Positions 25,960-39,386 of a stretch of DNA of 64,000 nt are shown here, in pieces. The position numbers were made by a program, and so were the translations under genes. A model generated the notes under the pieces. That model saw nothing but the letters and a program-made list of their open reading frames with translations. It searched no databases and was not told where the DNA came from. The DNA is from Mobula hypostoma (taxonomy: Eukaryota). The stretch's first letter is position 1. Each line of letters begins with the position of its first letter. The stretch spans positions 197,596,001 through 197,660,000 of the forward strand of contig NC_086097.1 in NCBI RefSeq assembly GCF_963921235.1, written 5' to 3'.

Positions 25960-26812
25960 GACTGTATGGCTAGGTACGGCTCAAGTGCCATCTATAAATT
26001 TGCGGATGTCACTATTGTTGGCAGAATTTCAGATGGTGATGAGGAGGCATAAAGGAGTGAGATAGATCAGCTGCTTGAGTGGTGTCACAGCAGAAACCTA
26101 GCACTCAGTGTCAGCAGACCAAGGAATTGATTGTGGACTTCATGAAGAGGAAGTTGAGGGAACACATACCAGTCCTCATTGAAGTAGAAATGGTGAGCAG
26201 TTTCGAGTTCCTGTGTGTCAACATCTCTGAGGATCTATCCTGGTTCCAACATAATGATACAATTGCAAAGGATGCATAATATTTCAGTAGGAGTTTGAAG
26301 AGAATTGGTAAGTCACCAAAGTCATCAAATTTCTACAAATGTACAATAGAGAGTATTCTAACTAGTAGCATTACCATCTATTATGGAGGGCCCACTGCAC
26401 AGGATCGGAAAGAGCTGCAGAAAATTGTAAACTCAGCCATCTTCATTATTGGCACTAGCTCCTCCAGCACCCAGGACACCTTAAAAAGGCAGCATCCATC
26501 ATTTAAGGACTCCCATCAACCCATGATGTGTGCCCTCTTCTCATTGCTACCATCAAGGAGGTGGCACAGGAGCCAGAAGACACGTCCTCAACATTTCGGG
26601 AATGGTTTCTAACCCTCCACTATCAGATTTCTGAATGGATTATGCACCCATGAACATTTACTCAGTATTTTCCCCCACTCTTTTTGCACTACTTATTTTT
26701 TATATATACTTCATGTAATTTATAGTTTTTATTATTATGTATTGCAGTGTACTGCTGCAGCAAAGCAACAAATTTCATGACATATGCCAGTGATATCAAA
26801 CCTGATTCTGAA
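25960..26812 (+). mobile_element. Rex1-type LINE 3' fragment
   Basis: TKELIVDF and FYKCTIESILTSSITIYYG; tail aaacctgattctga. Confidence 0.85.
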
Positions 26813-27302
26813 GCTGTGGATGTTCAGGGAGTTTTTTTCCATCTGCAGTATTTGATTTTTAAATTAGCTATTACTATTTGTTTCTCAATGTGAACATACT
26901 GCAGAACTTGGTTGTATCTTGATTGTATCACCATTTAGTATGAATGCAGTCCAGTGTTGTCACCACATTTTTAAAGATCCCTTCTGTTGTTTCTGGTGTC
27001 CTCTACTCTAATTGAGCCAAGCTGATTCTGTCATTTTACCTTAATGGTAGTTGAGGGATTTAACAAACCTTGAATTTGGATAGCTGATGGCTTTCCTGCC
27101 TCATAGGTATCCAGTTCTTCAACTGCTGGACCTGTTCTGAATTTCATCTATTTGGAACAACAGTAGAGTTGCACATCATAATGAAGCGTATCCTCACTGT
27201 GGACTTTGTCCCAAGAGCTCTGAAGTAGTAATTCAGATGTATCTCCAGAAAGTAGATTGATAATGTAATTAATTGATAGTTAAGTAGTTTTATCTTACAC
27301 AT

Positions 27303-27948
27303 GAAGAAAGCTTTTGGTATGCTGGCCTTTATAAATTAGAGCATTGAGTTTAGAAGTTGGGATGTTATGTTGAAATTGTATAAGGCATTGGTGAGGCCAA
27401 ATCTGGAGTATTGTGTACAGTTCTGGTCACTGAATTATAGGAAAGATGTCAATAAAATTGAGAGAGTACAGAGGAGATTTACTAAAATGTTGCCTGGGTT
27501 TCATCTCCTAAGTTACAGAGAAAGGTTGAACAAGTTAGGACTTTATTCTTTGGAGCGTAGAAGGTTGAGAGGGGACTTGATAGAGGTATTTACAATTATG
27601 AGGGGGATAGATAGAGTTGACGTGGATAGGGTTTTTCCATTGAGAGTGGGGGAGATTCAACAAGAGGACATGAGTTGAGATTTAAAGGGCAAAAGTTTAG
27701 GGGTAACATGAGAGGGAACTTCTTTACTCAGAGAGTGGTAGCTGTGTGGAACGAACTTCCAGCAGAAGTGGTTGAGGCAGGTTCGATGTTGTCATTTAAA
27801 GTTAAATTGGATAGATATATGGACAGGAAAGGAATGGAAGGTTATGGGCCGAGTGCAGGTCGGTGGGACTAGGTGAGATTAAGAGTTTGGCACGGACTAG
27901 AAGGGCTGAGATGGCCTGTTTCCGTGCTGTAATTGTTATATGGTTATA
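27303..27948 (+). mobile_element. 5'-truncated CR1 LINE
   Basis: LVRPNLEYCVQFWS...LRGDLIEVF; tail ttatatggttatat. Confidence 0.9.
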
Positions 27949-29943
27949 TCAGTTCTCTCACTCATCTTTCTTGCTAGTGCTGGTGCTGTTTGAAGCCTAC
28001 TATATGAAGTTCTTAGTACGTTCTGTGCCTTTACCTCTTGGAAGATGTACAATATGGAGCAACTGTGAAAGTGCTGTGCAAGCTAATTATGAGGGGAGTT
28101 CCATGCCTGAATGTGACCAGATGACACAACACTTCTTTCAGTCAGGAGCCAATATTAGAAATTTTGAAGAACGCACATTCTTGTATATGTACATTGTGCT
28201 GCCTACTCTAATTTGTCTGTTCTGAGTCCGTGCAATCTGTTGTTTGAGTTATTAACAGGTCAGCTCTTCCATTTTCAACATGTTCCCAAATGCTTATGAG
28301 GAGGACCACAGAGCTGACTTGGCTAATGTATCTTTATCTTGTTTGAGTCCATTAGCTGGTTAGTTAATCAAATATTCTATGAATATTTTTAAGGTAGAAG
28401 TTATTACATTCTTAAGAGGCAAGAGGTTGAATTACCATCAGGTGTTGATGGGAATGCAGAATTAAGATATCAGTCAGATATCTTAATTCAGATATGATCT
28501 TGAATTATGAAATGGTCTCAAAGGGCTGAATCGTTTACTCCAGTTCCAAATTCATATGCTTGTGTGTTTACTGATGTAGAAGTTTGTAGAAACTAACAAA
28601 ACAAATGTTTTCTAGATAATTGTGATCAGTGAACAGAGATCATATTTAAATAAGAAGCAGGAGAATTGATTGAAGTATTCAAGACGATGAAATGTGACGT
28701 AAAAAGCTACTTCTGCAGGTTGATGAACTCTATTTATTAGGTATAATTTTAGAATTAAAGTTAGCTCATTGAAGCATGAGGGCTGAATGCATTCTCCCTT
28801 CCCCCAGCCTACAAATCAGATGTGAAACATGTGCAGTATTGTCTTTCAAAGATCTTGGATTTAGCCTGATTTAATTATTTTAGCACTGAGATCAGAAGGT
28901 TTTCATTAGATGAGCTACTTTCTGAAAACAAACATTAGTACATCCAATGTCATCTTGTTCAGTTTAAATTGTGCCAACTGGTTTTAGCTGATTCCATCAT
29001 CTCCAACAATGTGTTTTCAAAGTCAATTTCAAAAACCCATAAAATTGCACTGCTCATCATCCCAATCCAATGCACTAAGTCTATATCTAAAACTTAATGG
29101 ATAGTAATCATTTTTGCCTCATTTATTGTGACTTCACCGGAAACAATATAGCCACCTTGAGATGAAAGGATTAAAATGGTAACTAACTTTCTAGATGTCC
29201 TCAACACATCAATGTAATCTCCGTTGTTATTGAAGAGTTATATTAAAATTATATTGAAGAGTTGGTGTAGTATAGACCCAGACTTGTTGGCTTTGGCACC
29301 AGAAACATAAGGTATATTAGGGTTGATCCAAGGTCAGTTAAACCTCATGACGTTGTCTCAAATGAGACAGTATGCAGTCTGAGTAATCGGGTATTAATGA
29401 GCTGGAGAGTAATTGTTATCAAGTCTTTTCGAGGAATACCTTGTGCACCATCTCAGCTTTCACATAAAAAAAATCAGTTCTTTTGTAAAACAGACTCTGC
29501 GATTATACACAGTAATGTGGAATGTTAATATAAAACACAACTTATACGCATGGGCTTTAATACAAATGGAATAAATGTAGGAAGCTTAGATAATATATAT
29601 ATAATAGAATCTGGTTGCAGTAGAGTGCTTTCCTTAGAAAGTACTGTAGAAGATGGATGGGTGCATAACTTCAAATTATCTTCATCAAAGCCAGTTGTGA
29701 GTCCACTTAGCAATTTTGGCAAATTCCACTGGTGATCTACTTCACTTAAAGGTATTGACTGTTGCTGCTCATTTAATATAATTCTACATTTAGCAAATGC
29801 ACAATTTTCGGGTTGCAGTACCTTTTTAATAATAAAACTACAGAATCCAGAGTCAAATTTTTGGCTCACTACTGCATTTATGGGAAGCAACTTCTGTTTT
29901 ACACTGGATTGGTTGATAAATTTGCATCAGGATTCTTGACCCA

Positions 29944-30228
29944 ATGTATTTATTTATTTAGAGATACAGCATGGAACAGGCCCATCTGGCCCTTTGAGCT
30001 GTGCCGCCCAGCAACCCACTGATTTCACCCTTGCCAAATATGGGATAATTTATACTGACCAATTAACCTAGTTGGACTGGGAGGAAACCAGAGCACCTGG
30101 AGAATACCCAGGCGCACATGGGAACGGACTAGAAACTTGCCTACAGAGGACAGCAGAATTAAAATTGGAACTCTGAAGCCCTGAGCGGTAATAACGTTGT
30201 GCTATCTGCATTGTTACTGTGGTGCCCC
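29944..30228 (-). mobile_element. HE1-like SINE (tRNA-like head, CR1-like tail)
   Basis: Minus strand begins ggggcaccacagtaac and ends in a CR1-type 3' hairpin followed by (taaa)n. Confidence 0.55.
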
Positions 30229-32249
30229 AAGTCCCTTGCTGTATAGCTCTTCATTTGTCTCTTACTGAAGCTTATTGGAGGGGCATATCCTCAGATGTTG
30301 GGAGCTTGCAGAAGTACAAGATGTAAAGGGAATTGAGATTATGCTTCAGTTCTGTAAGTTTTCTCCAACTACATTATCAAATTGGCTAAAATAATTGTTA
30401 TTTTAGGAATTCTATATTCTACTTTTGCTCTAGGTTTCCAGCATTTACAGTTTTTAATTTTCATTTATTAGATCAAATACGAATATGAATGTTGTTGTTT
30501 TGTTAAAAAGGAAATAATGTTATATTTTTCTGCACTCATTGTAAGATAATAAATTTCATAATTGTTTTAAAACACAAATTTAAAATTTGCCAAATATGTC
30601 TTTATTATTTAAACTGAACTTTAGGGTATTTCTGGCACTTTAATTTCTGCTTAAATTTGCAGATAACTATGTCAGGTATTTTGAAGATGTAATTGGGAAA
30701 TTTTTCTACATCTTTTTTGTCATTGAGATGTAATTCTAAGAAAGATGTTAACTTAATGATTGCTGGTTGGGGAGATTTCTTAAAAGATGTCTTCTATGAC
30801 CTATCCATTTTTCTGATTTTTTTTTACATCTAGCCTTGAATCCAGACCTTGGAAAAATCAAAAACTGCTTTTGATGGATGTTAATGCTAGAAGTTGAACA
30901 TTTTTGGAACTGAATGACTAAGTCAGAGCAGCTATCCCCCAATTGTCATGGTATTATATTTAAAAGTGTTCTTCTATTCACTGCTGCCTCAAATCTTTCA
31001 TGTTTCCCATATCTTTCATTCTTATAGCCTTATTGTTCACAGTTGTTAATTTTGTTAAGCACTGTCTTGGGTTCTCTCAATTCATTATATTTACTGTCAA
31101 TGGAGTGAGAGAAACAAAATTAGTTTGTACTGGTTTCAGCAGCAGGGTATATGTGAAAAAGCAACATTTTATTAACAGCTTGACTTGACTGTATAAAGTA
31201 AATTGTACATGGTTGAAAATGCTGTGTGTCTGTGGGTATCAAAGAAAATCTTGGATTTAAATTGCATATTTCACAACCTCTTTATGTTCCAATGGACGTG
31301 TATCCAGTTGAGAATTTGTAAAGTGTTGTCGCTGAAAATGTGATAGTTTAAACCAGACAATGTGCTATCACACGATATTGTCTCTAAATTCTTTGGTAGA
31401 TAGGTTTGTAGGAGGATTGGCATTGATTTATCCTCAGAGCCAAACATACATTTCAAATTATATTGTTATATAAAATCAAATTCAGTAATTCTCACAAAAG
31501 TAGCTAAACCTCTCTAAGCATTTTCTTTAATTGGATCTCTGCTTTGCTAATTGTGATTAACTGTCTGTTGTTCTTTGGTTCGATCTCTGTATTATTTTGC
31601 TCAGAGAGATTTCCATGATACTGCTCTTATTTTCAGTGTCTCAACCTGAGATTTTTACATTTGAAATGGTCACTTTTTTGTTTTGTTTATCAGTGTTAAG
31701 TTAAGATTGATGGAACTGGCACCTGTAAAGTATCTGCAAGGTGTGAATTCTGTAACATTTTCTCCTTTCCATGATAGTTGTCTTTCACTTATTGAACTCA
31801 CAATATTTCAGTTTTTCAATGAATGATTAGAGATGCATTCCACCGATGTGCTCTGCAAAAGAAACTTACCTACAACTTAAGTTATACCTGAATCAGAGCC
31901 TTAAACTTCTGCAGGTACTCAGCAGCTCACAATCCATATGAATGGCTTGAATGAAGACATTGACAGTCTTACGGCTAAATTTGCTGATGTACAATGGTAG
32001 GAGTAGAAGTTGTAATAAAGGGAGCAAAAGGAGGCAACCAGTGTGTACAGATACGTGAGTGAGTAAAGATTAGGCAAATAGAGCAAAATCATCCAAGTGA
32101 CTAAAAAGTGATGCCTGTCATCAATCCATTATTTTCCTCACAATCTCATGGCTCACTTTACATTTGGTGCTTGCCTATTCTTGTTTCAATATAAAATATA
32201 TTATTTCTATTTATACTTCCTGAAGATACTGAAGATTTATACTTTCTTA

Positions 32250-32839
32250 AGTTACCAGCATGGGTGGAGCATTGGTTGATTGGCAGAAAGCAGAGAGTGG
32301 GAATAAAGGGATCCTATTCTGGCTGGCTGCCGGTTACTAGTGGACTTCCACAGGGGTCGGTGTTGGGACCGCTGCTTTTTACGATATATGTCAATGATTT
32401 GGACTATGGGATTAATGGATTTGTGGCTAAATTTGCCGATGATACAAAGATAGGTGGAGGAGCAGGTAGTGTTGAGGAAACAGAGAGCCTGCAGAGAGAC
32501 TTAGATATTTCCTATGGGAGGGGAGTCTAGGACAAGGGGGCATGACTTCAGGATTGAAGGATGTCCATTTAGAACAGAGATGTGGAAAAATTACTTTAGT
32601 CGAGGGTAGTAAATCTGTGGAATTTGTTGCCACAAGCGGCTGTGGAGGCCAGGTCATTGAGTGCATATAAGGCAGAGATAGATGGGTTCTTGATTAGCCA
32701 GGGCATCAAAAGGTATGGGGAGAAGGCAGGGGAGTTGGGATGACTAGAAGAATTGGATCAGCCATGATTGAATGGTGGAGCAGACTCGATGGGCTGAATG
32801 GCCTACTTCTGCTCCCCTATCTTATGGTCTTATGGTCTT
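32250..32839 (+). mobile_element. CR1 fragment with a large internal deletion
   Basis: GLPQGSVLGP...KFADDTK...LQRDLD joins directly to the ESRTRGH C-terminal region; tail (tcttatgg)n. Confidence 0.85.
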
Positions 32840-32959
32840 GTATCCTATGACATTGAAAAGCCTGGTCCTATTATTCAGACATCTACAGGCACTAACATGT
32901 ACTTTGTGTACCTGTCAACATCCATGAATATCAGCTTTAACTCCAGAATTTTCTAAAGC

Positions 32960-33388
32960 AATATTCTGGGTGTCAGTATCTCTAAGATTCTAACCTGGTC
33001 CCAACATATTGATGCAGCTATAAAGAAGGCAAGACAGCATCAGGAGTTTGAGGAGATTAGGTTTCTCACCCAAGCAATTCAAAAAGTTCTACAGATGTAC
33101 CATGGAGAACATTTCTGACCAGCTGCATCACCGTCTGGTTTGGCGGGGGGAGGCTACTGCGCAGGATCATAGCAAGCTGCAGAGAGATGTAAAATTAGTC
33201 AGCTCCATCATGGGTACTAACCTCTATAGTATCTAAGATATCTTTAAGGAGCAGTGCCTGAGAAAAGAGGCTTCCATCATCAAGGAGCTGCACTACCTAG
33301 GACATGCCCTCTTCTCATTGTTACCATCAGGAAGGAGGTACAAAAGCCTGGAAGCACACACTCAGAGATTCAGGAGCAACTTCTTTAA
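32960..33388 (+). mobile_element. Rex1-type LINE fragment
   Basis: FYRCTMENI and KLQRDVK motifs. Confidence 0.78.
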
Positions 33389-33389
33389 C

Positions 33390-34380
33390 AGGGCCCCTGA
33401 AGAAGTCTTTCCTCTCTGTCCCAAAATGTGGTCTGGGCCATAGTAAGGGGGCAGAAGGAGGTGTTGGTGTGCATTGAATGAGGTGGCGTGTAGGTCAATA
33501 GGAACCCAAGAGTGCTGTACGCCATGATGGGAGGTAGGAATAGATGCAAAGTAATTGAGTTTACTGAGGAGGGCAGAACGTTGCTGACCAGGCGGTCATG
33601 GTGTCAGGAATAAAATCACCTGGTAGTTGTAACAGTTGCCTGCATACCAACTCGGCCATGGATGATTGTAGGTCCTCCTTTGAGCCCCTGTAGGAACCAC
33701 AAGAGACAATAATGTCAACATTCATCCGTCAGGGAAGCCCTCAGAACGGCCTTAAGGAGCGCTGAAACTGCTCACACAGGCCGTTGGACTGTGGGTGATA
33801 CACCATGGTGAAATGTAGCCTAACGTTGAGGTTCTAGGTCATTGCAACCTGGAGGTCTGATGTGAATTGGGGACCACAAACGGAGGAAGTATTAGATGGG
33901 GTGCCAAATCGAGCTATCCATGTTCTGATGAACATCTGAGTCATGTCTGTGGCCGTCATTGATGCTAGAGGGGCAACCTTGGGCCACCTGGTGCTACAGT
34001 CCAGCATGGTAAGGAGGTGTGTGAAACTGCAGGAGAGGTAGGAGTGACAACCAGGTCAACGTTGACATGGTCAAACCATCACATAGGGATCTCAAAAGGT
34101 GCCAATGGTGCCTGAACATAACAATTAATTTCTGCCCACCGGCATTCAACACAGGTTGTACTCCTAGCGCGCATGTCCTTTCTAAGGCCGTGCCACACAA
34201 ACTTTAGTGGAACCAGTTTCTGTGAGGTCTTCTGGTGCAGATGCAAGGGGCCATGGGTGGAGTCAAAAACAGCCAGCTGCCAGTTTGCAGTCACTGTGGG
34301 GTGAGGGCAACCAGTTGAAATGTCACACAGGAGAGAAACCCCAGCATCCCCAAACTTAATGTCAGCCAACCACAGGCCTC
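33390..34380 (-). mobile_element. Gypsy LTR retrotransposon integrase remnant
   Basis: Integrase zinc-binding-like region H..KTSQKLV..KFVWHGLRKDMRA...CVEC, followed by core-like sequence. Confidence 0.75.
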
Positions 34381-34559
34381 TTAAAGTGAACCCCAACTCA
34401 ATGATGTGGTTGTGAATTATGCATGTGGTTCCACCCCTTACATTATCCTACAGTACTACAAAAGGACACATTGAGGGCACAATGCCAGACTTCCTGATGA
34501 GTTTACAAACATCTGAGGAATCAAGTACAAAGTATCACCAGCCCCTCAACTCAGCATGA

Positions 34560-35510
34560 AAGAGCATCAAGATTCTTTAATGTCATTCCAGTACACAAGT
34601 GTAAAGGAGAATGAAATAATTCTCACTACAGATCCAATACCTCACAAAAAACTCACGAAGACGAGGAATGCAATATGAGTAAAAAAAACTTCACAGTAAA
34701 TATAAATATGTAAGACGGCTTATATACATTGATTGTATGTCCATAAAGTGGTGCTAGGCATAGAGGTGTCTGTATATAAGGTGACTCTGACAGGAAATGA
34801 TAAAGTAGTGGTGGTTTGTGTTGTGGGGGAGGGAAGTTAGTGGGTGAAGGTGTTGATCAGCTTTACTACTTGGGGGAAAGTAACTTTTTTTTGAGTCTGG
34901 TGGTCCCAGTGTGAATGTTTCATAGCCTCCTCCATGATGGGAATGGGACAAACAGACCATGAGCAGGGTGGGTGGGATCCTTCTTGATGCTGCTGGCCCT
35001 TTTCCAGTACCTTTCTGTATATATGTCCTTGATGGCGGGTAGGCTAAAGCTGGTGATGTATTGGGCAGTTTTGATTACACGTTGCAGGGCCTTCCCGTCT
35101 GTTGCAGTGTAGTTTCAATATCATGCAGTGATGCAGCTTGTAAAGATGCTTTCTACTGCACATCTGTAGAATAACGTGAGTAGAGATGTACGTATTCCAT
35201 CTGTCTTCAGCCTCCTCAGAAAGTGGAGGCATTGGTGAGCTTTCCTGGTTATGTATGTTGTGTTCTGGGATCATAAGAAATGTGCACTCCAGGAGCTTGA
35301 AATTGCTTGCAGTTTCTACTGCTGTGCTGCTGATGGAAAGACGGGTGTGAGTGGTCTGAGTTCTTCTGAAGCTGATAATCATCTTTTTTGCCTTGTTGAC
35401 ATTGAGGGAAAGGTTATTTGCCTGGCACCAGGCCTTGAGCTTCTCCACTTCCTCTCTGTTGGCTATCTCATCATTGTTGGTGATGAGTCCCACGATTTCA
35501 GCCCTGGACC
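34560..35510 (-). mobile_element. Rex1-type LINE 3' fragment
   Basis: ORF 35044-35541: VGLITNNDE...WCQANNLSLNVNKAKKMII. Confidence 0.82.
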
Positions 35511-36648
35511 TGTAATGGGTGGAACAATAGCTTAGATTCATTTACATTAGATATTCAGTGCAATTGTGATTTGAGTTGCAATACACTGGTGTTGAAGACC
35601 CACAAAAAATAGCATGCCCCCAGTTCTTTTTGGCACTGGTGGCAAAAGTTCACTGCATGTCAGCCCATTATCAAGCTATCCAAGAGACTTGGAGCAGTCA
35701 CTAAACCAATAAATAAATTTAATGACAAAGTTACAGAAAAGGGGCTTACTTTGGCAGGCCTCCTCGTGTCTGGGCACATTTTTGGAAATTAATAAAGCAA
35801 GATACTATCATAATTAATGGGAGTTAATGAGGTTTAATGCATTGTCAGCAGTGTCATTTTGGAGTGACATAATGGTATTCCCCTTCAGATGCTTCTTGTA
35901 CATTGGCATCAATACCTGAAATGTATGTTCACAATTGAAGCTTCAGGGCAGGAAATTCCTTCACTACTTTCAGGAAAATAAAGGTTTTTCTCCTTGCAGA
36001 AAAAAAGCAGTTTATAAAAGAATACATAAAGTACTGTGTTTTGAAATGTAATAAACAAAGCACATAAAATTTTATTTTTCTTATACTGAATTATTTCTTT
36101 ATCAACTGTTTTTTCAGTAATAAACCATTTTAACTTCAACATCTTTTATTCTAAGCCTCACCACTAAGTTGGGAGAGTGCTACCTTACTTTCAAGAGTTG
36201 CTGCCACCTGTTTGTATAATTATAAATGAAAGGAATACTTTCATTGTATTTTAGAGAAACATTTCTCCATTTGAGTTACATTATTACTAGCAGTTATAGT
36301 CAGAACACAATTAAGATAATTTTTTATCACTTTTGCAATATTGTGTCCAGTGGATTGCTTTGTTGAATGGTTTCAACAGTTTTGATTGTCAGCATGATCA
36401 GCATATCAAAAATGACGTGGAACAAGTTGTAATTCTGAATTAATCAAACATTACTTAACAATCCCATGTCAATAGTTTATTTTCTGTTCTACCAAATTAC
36501 TCACATGACTTCAACAGCATTACAAACATTGAGCCTCCACAACAGCTTCCCACCTGGCTGCAAATTCAGGACCATAACCAACATTTTCTAAACAATGTGA
36601 CAATAAATGGCTATTCAATATACACATCTTCCACCTATTGAAACAGCT

Positions 36649-37220
36649 AACTACTACTACTACTACTACTACGTCGACTCAGGCCTAGGGGACCGGCGTC
36701 GGGCACGATGATGGACTCTCCACTTCTCCCTCTCCCTCATCAGTGTGTTCAGTTCATCTACATTAGCTGCGTCGCTGTCTTCGAGGTGCGTGTTGACCAT
36801 AGTCTTGGGAGGGCGCCCAGGGTTCATTCTCCCATGCTTGGGCTCCCATATAATGACTAGGCTGGCAGGTAGCTCAGGGTGGTGAAGACAGTGCCCCGCT
36901 AGTTGCAGTCTTCTCGCCTCAATTTTAGTGGTGAGCATCAGTAGGTCGTTATAGAGCTCGAAGTTTGTCATGTGCTGTTGCCAACGCATGTCAAAAGCCG
37001 TCTGGAGCATTTGTGTATAGCAACCATCTAGAGACTTTCGCATAGTTTTGGTGAGTGTCCACATCTTGCATCCGTATATGAGAATGGGCTCTATGACTGC
37101 TGTGAAGTTCCTTTTTTTAAGCCCTTTGGTCAGATTCGACTTCCAGATTTCCTTCATGTCGTTCATAGCCCTCCACACCAATGCCTTCCGTATCTTTATG
37201 TCCTTCTCTGAACTCCTACT
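36649..37220 (-). mobile_element. 5'-truncated RTE-clade LINE with (TAG)n tail
   Basis: RTE C-terminal motifs ILIYGCKMWTL, RRLQLAGHCLH and GRPPKT; (ACT)n repeat at 36650-36672. Confidence 0.85.
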
Positions 37221-37371
37221 CACACCATTAACAACTTTTAGGCTAATAGTCTGCTGAAGGGTCCAATGGTTCATGTTTCTCCTTCTAGAGTAACAGTAGC
37301 TTACACATTTTTTGATATCCCTAACTGCATCTGTGATGTTTAAAATGCGAACAAACTGAGTACTTGACCAG

Positions 37372-37472
37372 CCTGGTAGCACAGCAGTTAGTGTCACTGT
37401 CTCACAGCTCCAGGGGTTCAGATTCAACATAAGTTTTGGTTCTTGCCCCCATAGTTTGCATATTCTCCGCAC
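37372..37472 (+). mobile_element. tRNA-derived SINE head
   Basis: ggtagcacagcagttagtg...ggttcagattc, resembling A and B boxes. Confidence 0.5.
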
Positions 37473-37648
37473 ATTATTAAAAGTGAATTACTTACAATGT
37501 TTGAGTATCCAACAACATGTTGAGTAGCGACCATGAGCAGCCTCTTAGCTCTTAATTTTGGTGCACTATCTATCATCTTCCCCTGTACTCATTCACTTAA
37601 AGTGCAAGTAAATTTAGTGTTAATTAACAGCAGAAACTCGATCTGTGA

Positions 37649-39386
37649 GGCTATGTCCACACTACGCTGGATAACTTTGAAAACACCGGTTTCGAGTAAA
37701 AACGATAGGCATCCACACTAAGCGTTTTTCAAAATATCTCTGTCCACATTAGACGGATATTTGGGCGAATCTCCTCCTACTGGGCATGCGCAGGATACAC
37801 AGAAAACAAATGAAGAGGAAACGGTATACTTAGTGCGCGTTTGTCCAGTTACAGAGTAGAAAAACTAAAAAGGAATTGCTCTTCGCTCTCGGGCAAGAGG
37901 ACTTAAAACTAAAAAAAAAACAAATACTGGAGCGTATGGAGGCAACTGACAGGGAGTTCACGGACGGTATGACCCGGCTGACGACGAACATTGAAAAACT
38001 GACTAACTCTGTTGCATTAATAAAGCACCTTGTTAAATGTATAAAACATGTCTGCATCAGTGTTATCTTGTATTTCCATACAATGTTAAATTAGGCTGTT
38101 ACACATCTATTGTCAGAGAAGTACTTGCATAAATAGGTGAACTACCTTCATACAAGCAAGGACAGAAAACAGGGCAAAGTGAGAATACTTTTTTTTCAGT
38201 AAGCTATGGGTCAAAGTATTTGGTGAGTACATTTCTAACTGTTCTGGTTTCAGTCTCGTTGCCGGCTGTTCTGAAATTGTTAAGTTCTGCGAAGCGCAGA
38301 AATGGGCTAAAAAATGGCAGATGGAGTTTAATACTGACAAGTGTGAGGTATTGCACGTTGGAAGGACAAACCAACGTAGAACATACAGGGTTAATGGTAA
38401 GGCACTGAGGAGTGCAGTGGAACAGAGGGATCTGGGAATACAGATACAAAATTCCCTAAAAGTGGCGTCACAGGTAGATAGGGTCGTAAAGAGAGCTTTT
38501 GGTACATTGGCCTTTATTAATCAAAGTATTGAGTATAGGAGCTGGAATGTTATGATGAGGTTGTATAAGGCATTGGTGAGGCCGAATCTGGAGTATTGTG
38601 TTCAGTTTTGGTCACCAAATTACCGGAAGGATATAAATGAGATTGAAAGAGTGCAGAGAAGGTTTACAAGGATGTTGCCGGGACTTGAGAAACTCAGTTA
38701 CAGAGAAAGGTTGAATAGGTTGGGACTTTATTCCCTGGAGCGTAGAAGAATGAGGGGAGATTTGATAGAGGTATATAAAATTATGATGGGTATAGATAGA
38801 GTGAATGCAAGCAGGCTTTTTCCACTGAGGCAAGGGGAGAAAAAAACCAGAGGACATGGGTTTAGGGTGAGGGGGGAAAAGTTTAAAGGGAACATTGGGG
38901 GGGCTTCTTCACACAGAGAGTGGTGGGAGTATGGAATGAGCTGCCAGACGAGGTGGTAAATGCGGGTTCTTTTTTAACATTTAAGAATAAATTGGACAGA
39001 TACATGGATGGGAGGTGTATGGAGGGATATGGTCCGTGTGCAGGTCAGTGGGACTAGGCAGAAAATGGTTTGGCACAGCCAAGAAGGGCCAAAAGGCCTG
39101 TTTCTGTGCTGTAGTTTCTATGGTTTCTATCGCTGTGATGATTGTATGCTCTGGTATCAATTGTTTGGCGACAATAAAGTAGTAATAATAATAAGAAGAA
39201 AACAATGAAATGCCGCGCTGTCGCCACCTGTTCCGGCACGTCATGACAGCGGTTTTAAAAAGCTCCGGTTACCCCGTACCCACTGCAATGGCTATTAAGC
39301 ATTTTCAGATTTATTCACTCTGGAGACCGTTTCTGAACATCTCCATTTTCGGGGGATGAAAACGCCGTTTTAGTGTGGACAGAGGG
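37649..39386. mobile_element. Non-autonomous PIF/Harbinger-like DNA transposon with nested CR1
   Basis: TIRs GGCTATGTCCACACTA and CCCTCTGTCCACACTA (reverse complement). 3-bp TSD TGA at 37646-37648 and 39387-39389. Coiled-coil remnant EDLKLKKQILERMEATDREF. Confidence 0.78.
38298..39130 (+). mobile_element. Young 5'-truncated CR1 LINE
   Basis: ORF 38321-38959 is mostly open CR1 RT C-terminus; tail tttctatggtttctat. Confidence 0.92.

Noticed and set aside
36669..37472. 267-aa ORF, the longest in the window, as a novel gene
   Set aside because: Chance fusion of an antisense SINE and flank with a truncated RTE C-terminus.
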